This document shows positions 53,310 through 63,900 of a stretch of 64,000 bases of DNA, piece after piece. The translations under genes and the position numbers were made by a program. This DNA is from an uncultured Nitrospiraceae bacterium (GTDB taxonomy: Bacteria; Nitrospirota; Thermodesulfovibrionia; Thermodesulfovibrionales; UBA6898). Each line of letters begins with the position of its first letter. Within the stretch, counting starts at the first letter, position 1. The notes below the pieces were generated by a model that was given only the letters and a program-made list of their open reading frames with translations, searched no databases and was not told the DNA's origin. The DNA lies in contig CAWEQH010000008.1 of the NCBI GenBank assembly GCA_963811165.1, forward strand, positions 256,001 through 320,000, given 5' to 3'.

Positions 53310-54377
53310 CTATCTCAAAGTAATCGCTTTCTCAGGACACATTTCCTGACAGCAAAAGCAAGCGATGCACCTGGCCGCATCGACCTGGGGGATATTTTCA
53401 ATCATGGACAAAGCAGACACCGGACAGTGATCAATACAGGTGCCGCAGGCGGTGCACTTGTCAGGATCTGCCTGCGGCCGAAGGAGTGTTCGATTGTGGA
53501 TCATCGACTGCACGGCTTTGTTGCGCAGGACCGCTTCCCCGCCCAGAGGCGGAAGCCTGAAATCGGGCAGCCGTTTCAACTCTCCGATGACCTCGATCGA
53601 ATTGAGTTCGTAGTCACCCAGACCCGCCTCTTTTGCTTTCTGAAGGAAACGCAACCGGCGGGGATCACACCCCATCATCGTTGCAATGACCGCATCAACC
53701 GCAACGGCATTGTCAGAGGCGAGGATCAGTCCGATATTTCTGAGGTCAGGCGAGGCGGGACCGTTGCCCTCCATGCCGACCACGGCGTCTACGATGAACA
53801 GGTCCGGCACCCGGAGCCGGAAGACATCGACGATAACTTCATGGAAGCGTTCAGGACTGCCGGCCGCCTTGTGAATCATGGCTTTCTGAGCACCGGGTAA
53901 AATACCGTAACTGTTCTTGATCGCTCCGGTCAGAACGGTCAGGCCGTGCGTCTTGAATTTCGGCAGGCTGATAACGATATCAGCGTCAAGAACAGCGCTG
54001 GATACGCTCACGGTCGGCATGAATTTAGCGTTGAAAGCGACCTTCCGGGAATCGGTCCCGATGTTTTGATAGTGGCCTTCGGCTGCTTCCATCAGGCCCG
54101 TTTGGGTGAAACTTGCCTCGTTTGCACCGTAGCTAAAGAGACCCGGATTGTCGCCCACCACGATCGAGGCGGCACCCATTGTCTCTACCTTCTCCACGAC
54201 AGCGCGAAGAACAGCAGGGTTGGTGACAATACTTTCCTGTGCCGTTGAAGCACGAAGCACGTTTGGTTTTATCAAGACTTTTTTCCCTTCTGCCGTAAAG
54301 GGAAAGAGTTCGAAAGCCCGGTCTACGGCCACACGGACATTTTCATAGGTGGCAGGATGGATCAGAACCTTTGACAT
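53310..54377 (-). CDS. DUF362 protein with C-terminal 2x[4Fe-4S] ferredoxin domain
   Basis: LIKPN, TNPAV, PKFKTH..T.LTGAIKN, GMEGNGP, CTACGTC..CP, CIACFCCQEMCP. Confidence 0.9.
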   Translation of the reverse strand: MSKVLIHPATYENVRVAVDRAFELFPFTAEGKKVLIKPNVLRASTAQESIVTNPAVLRAVVEKVETMGAASIVVGDNPGLFSYGANEASFTQTGLMEAAEGHYQNIGTDSRKVAFNAKFMPTVSVSSAVLDADIVISLPKFKTHGLTVLTGAIKNSYGILPGAQKAMIHKAAGSPERFHEVIVDVFRLRVPDLFIVDAVVGMEGNGPASPDLRNIGLILASDNAVAVDAVIATMMGCDPRRLRFLQKAKEAGLGDYELNSIEVIGELKRLPDFRLPPLGGEAVLRNKAVQSMIHNRTLLRPQADPDKCTACGTCIDHCPVSALSMIENIPQVDAARCIACFCCQEMCPEKAITLR

Positions 54378-54442
54378 GATCAGACTCCTTAATGAAAAGA
54401 ATTACCCCGACTTAGTCTACGCCCCTTTTGATTCACAAGCGG

Positions 54443-55499
54443 TTACCCAATGCTTTCATTATCGCCGACTCTGGCCACTGTCGCGGCCGTGCTCTCCTTA
54501 GTATTGTTCGCAAAGAACGTTCCGGCCCTTTCCCTTGCTTCATCCATACTGCTGCTTGACTGGACCCTGGACGCCAGAGAGTGTCCGAATTTATAGTTCC
54601 GCGCGAAGTAGTGGGTAAATTCCTTCAGCCTGCCCAAGCGGTACACGGGGCGATAATCCGCGTTCAAGGCTTCGAGAAAGGCCGCGTACATATCCGGCAG
54701 CGACACTACGCGCTCCGTGATATCGCCGCCGAATACACTTCTGGCAATTTCGGCGAAGAGCCAGGGCCTTATCACCGCCCCCCGTCCGAGCATCAATCCG
54801 TCGGCGCCGGATACCCTCAGGCATTTTTCCGCATCCTCTACCGAGAAAACTCCGCCATTGGCGATAACGGGTATTTTGATGCATTCCTTTATTTCGGCTA
54901 TATATGCCCATCGCGGATTTCTTGCAAAGGGCTCATGTTTGAACCGGGCATGCACCGTAAGCATATCAACGCCCTCACCTTCGAGCATGGAGCAGAACGT
55001 CTTTAATTTCCCGCTGTCTGAGTCGCTGCCGAGGCGGATTTTCGCACTCAGGGGCAAGGCGGTGCGCTTTCTGGCCTCGGCCACGATGCGGCGAGCCTCA
55101 TCCGGATGTTCCATCAGCATGCCGCCCGCGCCGAACTTGCTGACCGCCGGCGATGGGCAGCCCATGTTCAAATCGATAGCGTCAGCCTTCAATGTGTGAA
55201 GCGCATCAATGGCCCGGCCTATCTCTTTGTCAGTGGAGGTGAGGAGCTGATAGGAAAGAGGGCTTTCCCTTTCGGTTCTGATCAGATACGGGGAGATGCG
55301 GGGATTTTCAGTGGGCAGTCTTCTTGCCGAGAGCATTTCGGTAGACAGACAGGCCGACGCCGCCGAAGCCGATCATTATCCGCCTCAGGGCGCTGTGGGT
55401 AAGGCCCGCCATCGGGGCAAGCAGAAGGGGCGGATCAATAACCAGATTGCGGATCCGTATCGCCTGCGGCGGTGTCCGCACGTTCATTTCAGCTTTCAT
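54443..55499 (-). CDS. tRNA-dihydrouridine synthase (Dus family), frameshift at ~55345
   Basis: LAPMAGLTH (upstream fragment) plus DLNMGCP, SAKIRLG, TVHAR, ANGGV, MLGRG. Start uncertain (55487 or 55499). Confidence 0.88.
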
Positions 55500-55770
55500 C
55501 AGCAGTACGGGAAATATACCCTGTTTCCCCTCTCTCTTTCCTCTGACTTTCTCATATCCCGTTTCGATCAAGGTTCATACGCGCACAATTTTATCATATT
55601 TAGGAAGACACATTCTCAAATAAGTCTTGTCATCAGCGATCGTTGCATATTATTATTAAGCACTCCGGGCCTCTGCTGTCACGGGATAGTTAATAAATCA
55701 GACATGCTAAACACTCAGGTCACCGGAAGTCGGTGATCTTCGAAAAAGATGCATCACCAAGGGGGGATTC

Positions 55771-58700
55771 GTGAAAGAGAGATTATGTTTGTGCTTCAAA
55801 ATTCTGGCTGGTCTGCTTCCCATGTTGTCCATATTATTTCTTTTCATGGTCCAGGCGGCGGGGGCGGTTACATTGTCCGTTCAGGATGGCGGATCCCTCT
55901 GGCCCGCATCTATGGTGGGAAATTACGTAGAAAACGGCACCCTGAACGGGGTTCCCCGGTATGACGGCCCGGGATGGTACATATACAGGGTAAATATCTG
56001 GGGGGCAAACAACTGGGTAGTGAGCAATACGCTGGGAAGCGCGGATTACAACAACTCGACGATCGCCTTCTATGTAGACAGTGACGCGACGACGCCGCCT
56101 CTGGGTACAGGCTGGTACAATACCAACTCGGGCAGCGGCACGATCATCATCGCTTCCGGCGGCACGGCGACGCCACCCGCCGCTCCTACGATTTATAGTT
56201 TAGACCCCGACGGCAACGGCATGCCGCCTTATATTACGAGCGCCGGCAATACAATTGTGTACTGGTCTGCCGTGACCGGTGCAGTGGGATACAAACTCGA
56301 CGTAGCAACGAACAGCACATTTACGGCATTCGTGCCGGGTTATAACGGTCTGGTAGTCACCGGCTCTCCGATTCCGACCTACCGCTCGGTTTCGGGGCTG
56401 ACGAGCCCGGGCACTACATATTACTTTCGGGTCCGGTCCTATAACGGTGTAGGCGACAGCGGCAACTCAGGCACACTCATGAGTACCACAATTCCTTCTG
56501 CTCCGACTGCAACCGCGGCATCCGGGATCTATGGCCATGAGTTTCAGGCCAACTGGAATGCGCAGACCGGTGCGTCTTACTACAAACTTTATGTCTGCAC
56601 CGACGCGGGCTTTTCGGGATGTTTGTCGGGATATAATCCCTCTTCGGAATACGGAACGTCTTCATCCCTCACAGGGCTGACACCTGCAACTACCCATTAC
56701 TATCGCCTCAGGGCCTCAAACGAAAACGGCGACAGCGGTTTATCAAACACCATATCGCTCATCACCAACTCGTTGCCGGTGCTTGGCGGAACTTTCACCA
56801 CAGCAGGTGCGGTCAACGACAATTCGACGATCGCCCCCTTCTCGGGCGTGACCGTTTCGGATCCCAACGGCGACAACGTCTCGGTGACGATCACGTACGA
56901 CTGGGCAAACGGGACCCTCACGGGTACGGGGCTTAGCGGTTCGGCCGGAAGTTACGTGCTCGGTCCGGCAACCCAGGCGGCGGCAACTGCCAACCTTCAG
57001 GCGCTTGTCTTCCACCCGACGCTACATCAGGCTGCGCCCGGCTCGACAGTGGTGACGACCTTCTCTCTTACGCCTAACGACGGCAAGGATGACGGCGCCA
57101 CCAACAGTTCGACGGTAGTTACGACGACGATGACGAATCTCGGACCGACCTTCGTAGGCGCAACCAACACTCTTACTGTGAGCCAGGATGCCTCTGCCAC
57201 GGACATCAGGGGGCTGCTGCACGTAAGCGATTCCGATTCAGGTCAGACCGAAACCTGGACACAAAGCGCGGCGCCGAATCATGGCGGCACGCTGAACTTT
57301 GTAGGTGCCACAGCCGCATCCGGCAGTACGGATATAACACCAGGAGGCACTATCACCTACGCGCCGGCTCCAGGCTATAGCGGTACGGAGACCTTCACAA
57401 TCCAGGTGAGTGACTCAATGGCAACGGCGACCCGGACGATCACTGTAACGGTTGTGCCCCCTCCCACTGTAACGGGAATCACCCCTGCTGCCGGCCCACT
57501 GGCTGGAGGAACGGCTGTAACGATAACCGGCACCAACTTTACCGGTGCGACCTCGGTTACGATAGGCGGCGCAGCCGCCACCGGTGTGGTCGTGGTGAAT
57601 GGTACTACAATCACCGCCGTAACTCCGGCGGGGACTGCCGGCGCACAGAACGTGGCCGTTACTACGCCTGGCGGCACCGGCACAGGTACGGGCCTGTTTA
57701 CTTACATGGCGCTTCCCACTGTAACGGGAATCGCCCCCGCTGCCGGCCCATTGGCTGGAGGAACAGCTGTAACGATAACCGGCACTAACTTTACCGGTGC
57801 GACCTCGGTTACGATAGGCGGCGCAGCCGCCACCGGTGTGGTCGTAGTGAATGCCACTACAATCACTGCCGTAACTCCGGCGGGGACTGCCGGCGCACAG
57901 AACGTGGCCGTTACTACGCCTGGCGGCACCGGCACAGGTACGGGCCTGTTTACTTATATGGCGCCTCCCACTGTAACGGGAATAGCCCCTGCCGCCGGCC
58001 CATTGGCAGGCGGAACAGCTGTAACGATAACCGGCACTAACTTCACGGGTGCGACCTCGGTTACGATAGGCGGCGCAGCCGCCACCGGTGTGGTCGTGGT
58101 GAATGCTACTACAATCGCTGCCGTAACTCCGGCGGGGACTGCCGGCGCACAGAACGTGGCCGTTACTACGCCTGGCGGCACCGGCACAGGTACGGGCCTC
58201 TTCACATACGTGATGGCTCCAACAGTAACAAGCATCATCCCAAATAGCGGCCCGACCGCTGGAGGGACATCGATCACCATCACAGGCACTAACTTTTTGG
58301 GGGCTACCGCCGTCAATTTTGGGAGCACCGCCGCTTCAAGCTATAGCGTCATCTCGAATACCACGATTTCTGCCGCCTCTCCCGCACAAGCCGCAGGTGC
58401 CGTTCAGATTACCGTCACTACGGTGGGAGGTGTAAGTTTGGGTTTGGTTACCTTCACCTATGTGCCGGCGCCCACAGTTACGGGCGTCTCACCGTCCAGC
58501 GGCCCAACGGCCGGGGGAACTACGGTTACTATTACAGGCACCAATTTTACTGGAGCCACCGCGGTCGCTTTCGGCGGCACGCCGGCGGGTAGTTATACCG
58601 TCGACTCTGCCACTCAGATTACCGCCACAACTGCCGCGCATGCTGCAGATGCGGCCCAGATCACTGTAACCACGGTTGGAGGTACCAGTTCGGACCTGGC

Positions 58701-61695
58701 TAACTTCACCTTTGTCGCACCGCCCATTGTTAATTCGGTCTCTGTTCCGGCAAACGGAACCTATGTCGCAGGACAGAACCTCGACTTCACGGTAAACTTC
58801 AGCGAAGCGGTAACAGTGGATACAGCAGGCGGCACGCCGTATATCCCGATCACTTTAAACATCGGCGGTACGGTGCAGGCCGCATACATTTCTGGCAGCG
58901 GCAGCAGCGTCCTGACATTCCGCTATACCGTGGTAAGCGGAAACGCCGACCCTGACGGGATAACGCTCGGCGGGTCGATAACGGCCAACGGGGCAACGCT
59001 GAGGGATGCCGTAAACAACGATGCGGTACTGACACTCAACAGCGTGGGTTCAAGTGTAGGGGTGCTTGTCGATGCCATAGCACCAACAATCAGCATTTCA
59101 ACGCCATCGGCAGCAAACACAATCTCCGGCCCGGTGGACTACACGATTACATATACCGGTGCGGATACAGTTACCCTGGGCAGCGCGAACATCACACTCA
59201 ATCCCACCGGAACGGCAACAGGGACAGTCTCGGTAAGCGGGAGCGGGACAGCCAGCCGCACGGTGACCATATCGGGCATCAGCGGAAGCGGCACCCTTGG
59301 CATCAGTATAGCAGCCGGCACCGCATCAGATAATGCCGGTAATACTGCACCTGCTGCCGGGCCGAGCGTGACGTTTATTGTCTGTACGAATAGCTCGATC
59401 ACTGTATCGAACAATAACGACAGCGGTCCCGGCACGCTCAGGCAGGCGATAGCCGACATCTGCCCGGGCGGCACGATTGGATTTAGTGTAACAGGAACGA
59501 TCGGACTTACTTCGGGAGAACTTGTGGTCGATAAGGACATGACTATCTCAGGGCCCGGGGCGAACGCTCTTGCGATAAGCGGCCTCGACGCCAGCCGGGT
59601 GTTCAATGTAAAAGCAGGAACGACGGCGACCATACAGGGCATTACGGTCTCCAATGGATCTGTTATGGGTCCGGCCGAGTATGGCGGCGGTGTTTATAAT
59701 TACGGTACCTTGACCGTGACGAACAGCACGATTGCGGGCAATACTTCTGATGTTGACGGCGGCGGCGTTTTCAATTGGGGCACCATGACGGTGACAAACT
59801 GTACTATATCGGGTAATAGTGCTTTTGGTGATCACGTGGCTTATGGCGGCGGCATTCGAAACGCTGGAATCATGACAGTGACGAACAGCACGATATCAGG
59901 CAACCGTGCCGGCGGTTATGGCGGCGGCATTTACAATGACGGCACTATGGTCATGACCAATAGCACGATATCGGGCAACAGCATCTTCGCCGGCGGTGAC
60001 AACGGCGGAGGCATTTACAATAGCGGCACCATGACCACGACGAACGTCATCATTGCAGCTAATATAGCCACTGCCGGCGCGAACTGTTGGGTAGGTGCCG
60101 TTATCACTGACGGAGGCAATAACATCGAAGACGGCACCACCTGCGGGTTCAGCGATCCGACATCGATGAGCAATACCGATCCTATGCTCGATCCGGCCGG
60201 TCTAAAGGACAATGGCGGGCCCACCAAAACGGTTGCGCTTGTTGCCGGAAGTCCTGCAATCAATGCTGCAACAGGGTGTCCTGCGACCGATCAGCGCGGC
60301 ATTACGCGTCCCCAGGGAGCTAACTGTGACATCGGAGCATATGAGTTTGTGACAGGCACGACCGTAACCCTCGGCTCGTCTCAGAACCCCTCGGTCTTTG
60401 GTCAGTCGGTGACATTTACGGCTGCGGTAACAGGCGTCGAGAGCGGTACGCCGACAGGGACGGCGACCTTCTTTGACGGAGCGATAGCAGTCTGTAGCAG
60501 TCTGACACTGGACGGAAGCGGCCGGGCAACGTGCAGCACCTCGACATTACCCGTTGGCGCACGAAGCATAACAGCAGTCTATAGCGGCGATACAGATTAT
60601 GCGGGATCCACGTCAACGGTCCTGACACAGACGGTGAATCAGGCTTCAACGACGACCGCTATCATCAGCGACACCCCTGATCCGTCTGCGGTGGGCCAGG
60701 CTGTCACGGTTAGCTATATTGTGGGTTTTATTAGCGGGAGTGGCGTGGTGAGCCCTGGTGTGACGCCGACCGGTAATGTGACCGTCTCAGATGGAGTGGA
60801 TAGCTGTACCGCCACCGCGGCTGCAGGCTCCTGCAGTCTGGCCCTGACAACGGCAGGTGCGCGTACCCTGACTGCAACCTACGCGGGAGATACAAACTTC
60901 AACGGCAGCATCGGAACAGCCCCGCATGATGTTTTGCTTCAGCATCTTCTGAGCGTCTCGGTAACCGGCAGCGGTACCGTGACCGGCAACATAACAGGCG
61001 TCGAGGGCAACGGCCTCCACTGCGGTTCGGATTGTTCCGAGACCTTCAATCAGGGGACGGCCGTGACTCTTACTGCAACTCCCGCAATCGGCTGGAAACT
61101 AAGCGGTTGGTCAGGTGATCCCGACTGCTCCGACGGGCAGGTAACCCTGAACAGTCCCCTGAATTGTATGGCAACTTTTGTCCTGAACAACAGCGTCGTC
61201 ATACCGTCGGCAACAGGAAACGGCAACATCGCACTCACTACGAACAGCCCCGGCTGCGGGTTCATTACCTGGGGAGCAAAGACCGAGGCCCAGGTGGGCG
61301 CTGATACGTCCTATGAATACCCTTACGGCCTTGTGGAATTCACACTCAACTGCGCCGTTGCGGATGTAACGATAACGTTCCCCGGAAATATCGGAGGGAC
61401 AACGTACCGTAAGTACGGCCCCACGACACCCGGCAATGCCTTAACAAAGGCCTGGTACACCTTCAGCAACGTCACGGCAAACAGCAGCACTTCCATCACC
61501 TTGCATCTTACGGACGGAGAACTGGGAGACGATACGGGCAAAGACGGCATAATAGTCGACCAGGGCGGCCCGGGACAGCAGTCGCTTGCCGTCGCCGTTC
61601 CCACGATGAACGAATGGGGGATGCTGCTTTTTGTGCTGTTTGCAGGCGTAGGTTCTCTGTATTATCTTAGGAGAAGGAGAATGCCGAGGGTATAG
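55771..61695 (+). CDS. Large repetitive surface protein/adhesin: Fn3 domains, cadherin/Ig-like domain, five IPT/TIG domains, beta-helix with choice-of-anchor-Q-like domain, Ig-like domains, IPTL-CTERM sorting signal
   Basis: Signal peptide; YYFRVRSYN; PxxGPxAGGTxVTITGTNF repeats; GGGIYN repeats; DNGGPT...TDQRG...CDIGAYE; C-terminal VPTMNEWGM + TM + RRRR. Confidence 0.85.
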   Translation: MKERLCLCFKILAGLLPMLSILFLFMVQAAGAVTLSVQDGGSLWPASMVGNYVENGTLNGVPRYDGPGWYIYRVNIWGANNWVVSNTLGSADYNNSTIAFYVDSDATTPPLGTGWYNTNSGSGTIIIASGGTATPPAAPTIYSLDPDGNGMPPYITSAGNTIVYWSAVTGAVGYKLDVATNSTFTAFVPGYNGLVVTGSPIPTYRSVSGLTSPGTTYYFRVRSYNGVGDSGNSGTLMSTTIPSAPTATAASGIYGHEFQANWNAQTGASYYKLYVCTDAGFSGCLSGYNPSSEYGTSSSLTGLTPATTHYYRLRASNENGDSGLSNTISLITNSLPVLGGTFTTAGAVNDNSTIAPFSGVTVSDPNGDNVSVTITYDWANGTLTGTGLSGSAGSYVLGPATQAAATANLQALVFHPTLHQAAPGSTVVTTFSLTPNDGKDDGATNSSTVVTTTMTNLGPTFVGATNTLTVSQDASATDIRGLLHVSDSDSGQTETWTQSAAPNHGGTLNFVGATAASGSTDITPGGTITYAPAPGYSGTETFTIQVSDSMATATRTITVTVVPPPTVTGITPAAGPLAGGTAVTITGTNFTGATSVTIGGAAATGVVVVNGTTITAVTPAGTAGAQNVAVTTPGGTGTGTGLFTYMALPTVTGIAPAAGPLAGGTAVTITGTNFTGATSVTIGGAAATGVVVVNATTITAVTPAGTAGAQNVAVTTPGGTGTGTGLFTYMAPPTVTGIAPAAGPLAGGTAVTITGTNFTGATSVTIGGAAATGVVVVNATTIAAVTPAGTAGAQNVAVTTPGGTGTGTGLFTYVMAPTVTSIIPNSGPTAGGTSITITGTNFLGATAVNFGSTAASSYSVISNTTISAASPAQAAGAVQITVTTVGGVSLGLVTFTYVPAPTVTGVSPSSGPTAGGTTVTITGTNFTGATAVAFGGTPAGSYTVDSATQITATTAAHAADAAQITVTTVGGTSSDLANFTFVAPPIVNSVSVPANGTYVAGQNLDFTVNFSEAVTVDTAGGTPYIPITLNIGGTVQAAYISGSGSSVLTFRYTVVSGNADPDGITLGGSITANGATLRDAVNNDAVLTLNSVGSSVGVLVDAIAPTISISTPSAANTISGPVDYTITYTGADTVTLGSANITLNPTGTATGTVSVSGSGTASRTVTISGISGSGTLGISIAAGTASDNAGNTAPAAGPSVTFIVCTNSSITVSNNNDSGPGTLRQAIADICPGGTIGFSVTGTIGLTSGELVVDKDMTISGPGANALAISGLDASRVFNVKAGTTATIQGITVSNGSVMGPAEYGGGVYNYGTLTVTNSTIAGNTSDVDGGGVFNWGTMTVTNCTISGNSAFGDHVAYGGGIRNAGIMTVTNSTISGNRAGGYGGGIYNDGTMVMTNSTISGNSIFAGGDNGGGIYNSGTMTTTNVIIAANIATAGANCWVGAVITDGGNNIEDGTTCGFSDPTSMSNTDPMLDPAGLKDNGGPTKTVALVAGSPAINAATGCPATDQRGITRPQGANCDIGAYEFVTGTTVTLGSSQNPSVFGQSVTFTAAVTGVESGTPTGTATFFDGAIAVCSSLTLDGSGRATCSTSTLPVGARSITAVYSGDTDYAGSTSTVLTQTVNQASTTTAIISDTPDPSAVGQAVTVSYIVGFISGSGVVSPGVTPTGNVTVSDGVDSCTATAAAGSCSLALTTAGARTLTATYAGDTNFNGSIGTAPHDVLLQHLLSVSVTGSGTVTGNITGVEGNGLHCGSDCSETFNQGTAVTLTATPAIGWKLSGWSGDPDCSDGQVTLNSPLNCMATFVLNNSVVIPSATGNGNIALTTNSPGCGFITWGAKTEAQVGADTSYEYPYGLVEFTLNCAVADVTITFPGNIGGTTYRKYGPTTPGNALTKAWYTFSNVTANSSTSITLHLTDGELGDDTGKDGIIVDQGGPGQQSLAVAVPTMNEWGMLLFVLFAGVGSLYYLRRRRMPRV
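57463..58218 (+). repeat. Three near-identical 252-bp tandem repeats (84-aa IPT/TIG units)
   Basis: CCCACTGTAACGGGAAT starts at 57463, 57715 and 57967. Confidence 0.95.
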
Positions 61696-61835
61696 AAATG
61701 TTGCTGGGGCTATCGTTGCCGGCCCACTTCTTTGAAATAATCGGGGTAGCGTTTTTTTGCGCAGTCCGGACAGAGATGCTGTGGCTGAACTCCGCTTCGG
61801 AATGGTAAAATAGCGGAAAATCCCGGGGAGAAATA

Positions 61836-63089
61836 TTGGACAAACTTGTTATCAGGGGCGGCAAGCCGCTTAAAGGAACGGTAAAAATAGGAGGGTCAAA
61901 AAATGCGGCCCTTCCTATCATGGCGGCTTCCTTACTTGCGCCGGGGGAGCATCGTCTTGGGAACGTGCCCGACCTCAAGGACGTCAGGACGATGGGGAGG
62001 CTTCTGGCGAACCTCGGCGCCGGGTTCCACCTGGAAGACAACTCGGCGATCCTCGACTGCAGCAAGATCAGAAATTACGAAGCGCCGTATGAACTCGTAA
62101 GCACAATGCGGGCGTCTGTCCTTGCGCTTGGACCTTTGCTTGCCAGGCTCGGGAAGGCGAAGGTGTCTCTGCCGGGCGGCTGCGCGATCGGCGCCCGGCC
62201 GATAAACCTGCACCTGATGGGATTTGAGAAGATGGGCGCCTCTATTACCCTCGAAGCCGGGTATGTATTTGTGAAGGCGAAGAAGCTAAAGGGGGCGTCG
62301 ATTTATTTCGATATCCCTACGGTGACCGGCACGGAAAATATAATGATGGCCGCTTCCCTTGCGGAGGGGAAAACCGTCATCGACAACGCCGCCCGGGAAC
62401 CTGAGGTCGTCGACCTGGCAGACGCCCTAAAGTCTATGGGTGCGAAGATCACCGGCGCCGGGGAGGGCGTCATCGAGATAGAGGGGGTGTCAGGCCTGCG
62501 GGCGCTCAGGCATGACGTTATCCCGGATAGGATAGAGACAGGCACCTTCATGGCGGTCGCCGGCATCACGGGCGGGGACATTACGATCAAAGGGTGCAAC
62601 CTCCAGCACCTCGATGCGGTAATAAACAAACTTAAAGACACCGGCATGAAGATCCGGCCGATCAAGACCGGCGTGAGGGTCACCGGACCTCAGAGGCCGG
62701 TGTCCGTGAACGCCAAGACGATGCCTTATCCGGGGTTCCCGACCGATATGCAGGCCCAACTCATGGCGATGATGTGCATTTCGGAAGGGACGAGCGTCAT
62801 CTCCGAGAGCATCTTCGAAAACAGGTTCATGCACGTTGCCGAATTAAGGAGAATGGGGGCCGACATCATAATCGAGGGCGGCGTGGCAACGGTCCGCGGG
62901 GTCGAGAAACTCAAGGGAGCCCCCCTTATGGCTACCGACCTGAGGGCGAGCGCATCGCTTATCGTTGCGGCCCTTGCGGCGGAGGGCGAATCGACGATAC
63001 ACAGGATATATCACCTCGACAGGGGCTACGAACGGATCGAGGAAAAGCTCCGAAAGATAGGCGCGGATATAAAAAGAGAGAAGGAATAG
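61836..63089 (+). CDS. murA: UDP-N-acetylglucosamine 1-carboxyvinyltransferase
   Basis: GSKNAALP, MRAS, LPGGCAIGARP, PGFPTDMQ, TDLRASA, HLDRGYE. Confidence 0.98.
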   Translation: MDKLVIRGGKPLKGTVKIGGSKNAALPIMAASLLAPGEHRLGNVPDLKDVRTMGRLLANLGAGFHLEDNSAILDCSKIRNYEAPYELVSTMRASVLALGPLLARLGKAKVSLPGGCAIGARPINLHLMGFEKMGASITLEAGYVFVKAKKLKGASIYFDIPTVTGTENIMMAASLAEGKTVIDNAAREPEVVDLADALKSMGAKITGAGEGVIEIEGVSGLRALRHDVIPDRIETGTFMAVAGITGGDITIKGCNLQHLDAVINKLKDTGMKIRPIKTGVRVTGPQRPVSVNAKTMPYPGFPTDMQAQLMAMMCISEGTSVISESIFENRFMHVAELRRMGADIIIEGGVATVRGVEKLKGAPLMATDLRASASLIVAALAAEGESTIHRIYHLDRGYERIEEKLRKIGADIKREKE

Positions 63090-63190
63090 TCCCTCCTTCA
63101 TTTACCCGTACGAAGGCGGCAGGTCAACTGCGGGATTGTAAAGAGGCCTTAATACCCGTGCCGGAGATACCCCCCCCTACCAAGGTAGGA

Positions 63191-63219
63191 TTGACGCCAT
63201 TTTCAGGGGCGCATATAAT
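63191..63219 (+). promoter_or_regulatory. Near-consensus sigma70 promoter
   Basis: TTGACG-17 nt-TATAAT. Confidence 0.75.
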
Positions 63220-63322
63220 TTTGCAAGCTGACGTTTCTAAAGAGAGATGCCTGCTTTCTTACGGAAAAGCGCCGGCAAACAATAAGAGGGATGGGCCCGC
63301 AGGGGACCCGGGGAGGATACTG

Positions 63323-63619
63323 ATGAGAAGTCTGATCTTGTTACTTTCAATGTCTGCAATTTGTACGATTTTTTATGCGTTGTTTAGGGTAGTAACCCTC
63401 ACGAAAAAGATTCCGGGGGGACTTGTGAAGCAGTACTGGAGACTCTTTTATTACCTGATCGGTCTCCTTGCGGTGGGGTATCTGACGGTGCCTCTGTTTC
63501 CTAGGCTCCCGGAGACTTCTAAGGAACTCATCGTATCAATTATCTTTTTGGCCGGAGCGGTTTTCGTCCTGAAAGTCATTGACCTCTTTTTCAAGATCGT
63601 ACAGGAGATAGGTCTATGA
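63323..63619 (+). CDS. Small 3-TM hypothetical membrane protein
   Basis: GGAGG SD then MRSLILLL...; the 281-aa ORF call wrongly extends into murA. Confidence 0.75.
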   Translation: MRSLILLLSMSAICTIFYALFRVVTLTKKIPGGLVKQYWRLFYYLIGLLAVGYLTVPLFPRLPETSKELIVSIIFLAGAVFVLKVIDLFFKIVQEIGL

Positions 63620-63900
63620 GCATGATTGAGGTCAAAGGTGATTTGATACACTGTGTTCGCGAAAACCTGGGAAACATTGCCAGTACTTTTTTCCTGAAGC
63701 GGGCTTTATCTATGATAGAAGCGGCGTCAGATGACAAGGAGGGCCTGTGGGAAGCCTCTTGCAAGGTCAGCAGCCTGACCGAACTGTTTATCGACACTGA
63801 CCTGGCGGAAAAAGTCCGCGAGGAACTCAGGACTAAAATTGAAGAGGGATGTAATGGGGGCCGTCTGGCTGACCGGTTACTACCCGCAGATAATCATTGA
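63616..63900 (+). CDS. Hypothetical protein
   Basis: ATGA overlap with the upstream gene; plausible helical composition. Confidence 0.6.
   Translation: MSMIEVKGDLIHCVRENLGNIASTFFLKRALSMIEAASDDKEGLWEASCKVSSLTELFIDTDLAEKVREELRTKIEEGCNGGRLADRLLPADNH

Noticed and set aside
55600..55770. c-di-GMP riboswitch upstream of the adhesin
   Set aside because: No GEMM P1 GAAA loop or GCAAA junction, and no class II motif recognisable by eye.
57463..58218. CRISPR array
   Set aside because: The repeats are contiguous 252-bp coding units with no spacers. No cas genes or repeat-spacer arrays were seen in the window.
62774..63322. N-terminal part of the 281-aa ORF
   Set aside because: Out-of-frame overlap with murA and with a promoter region; the real gene starts at ATG 63323 with an SD.
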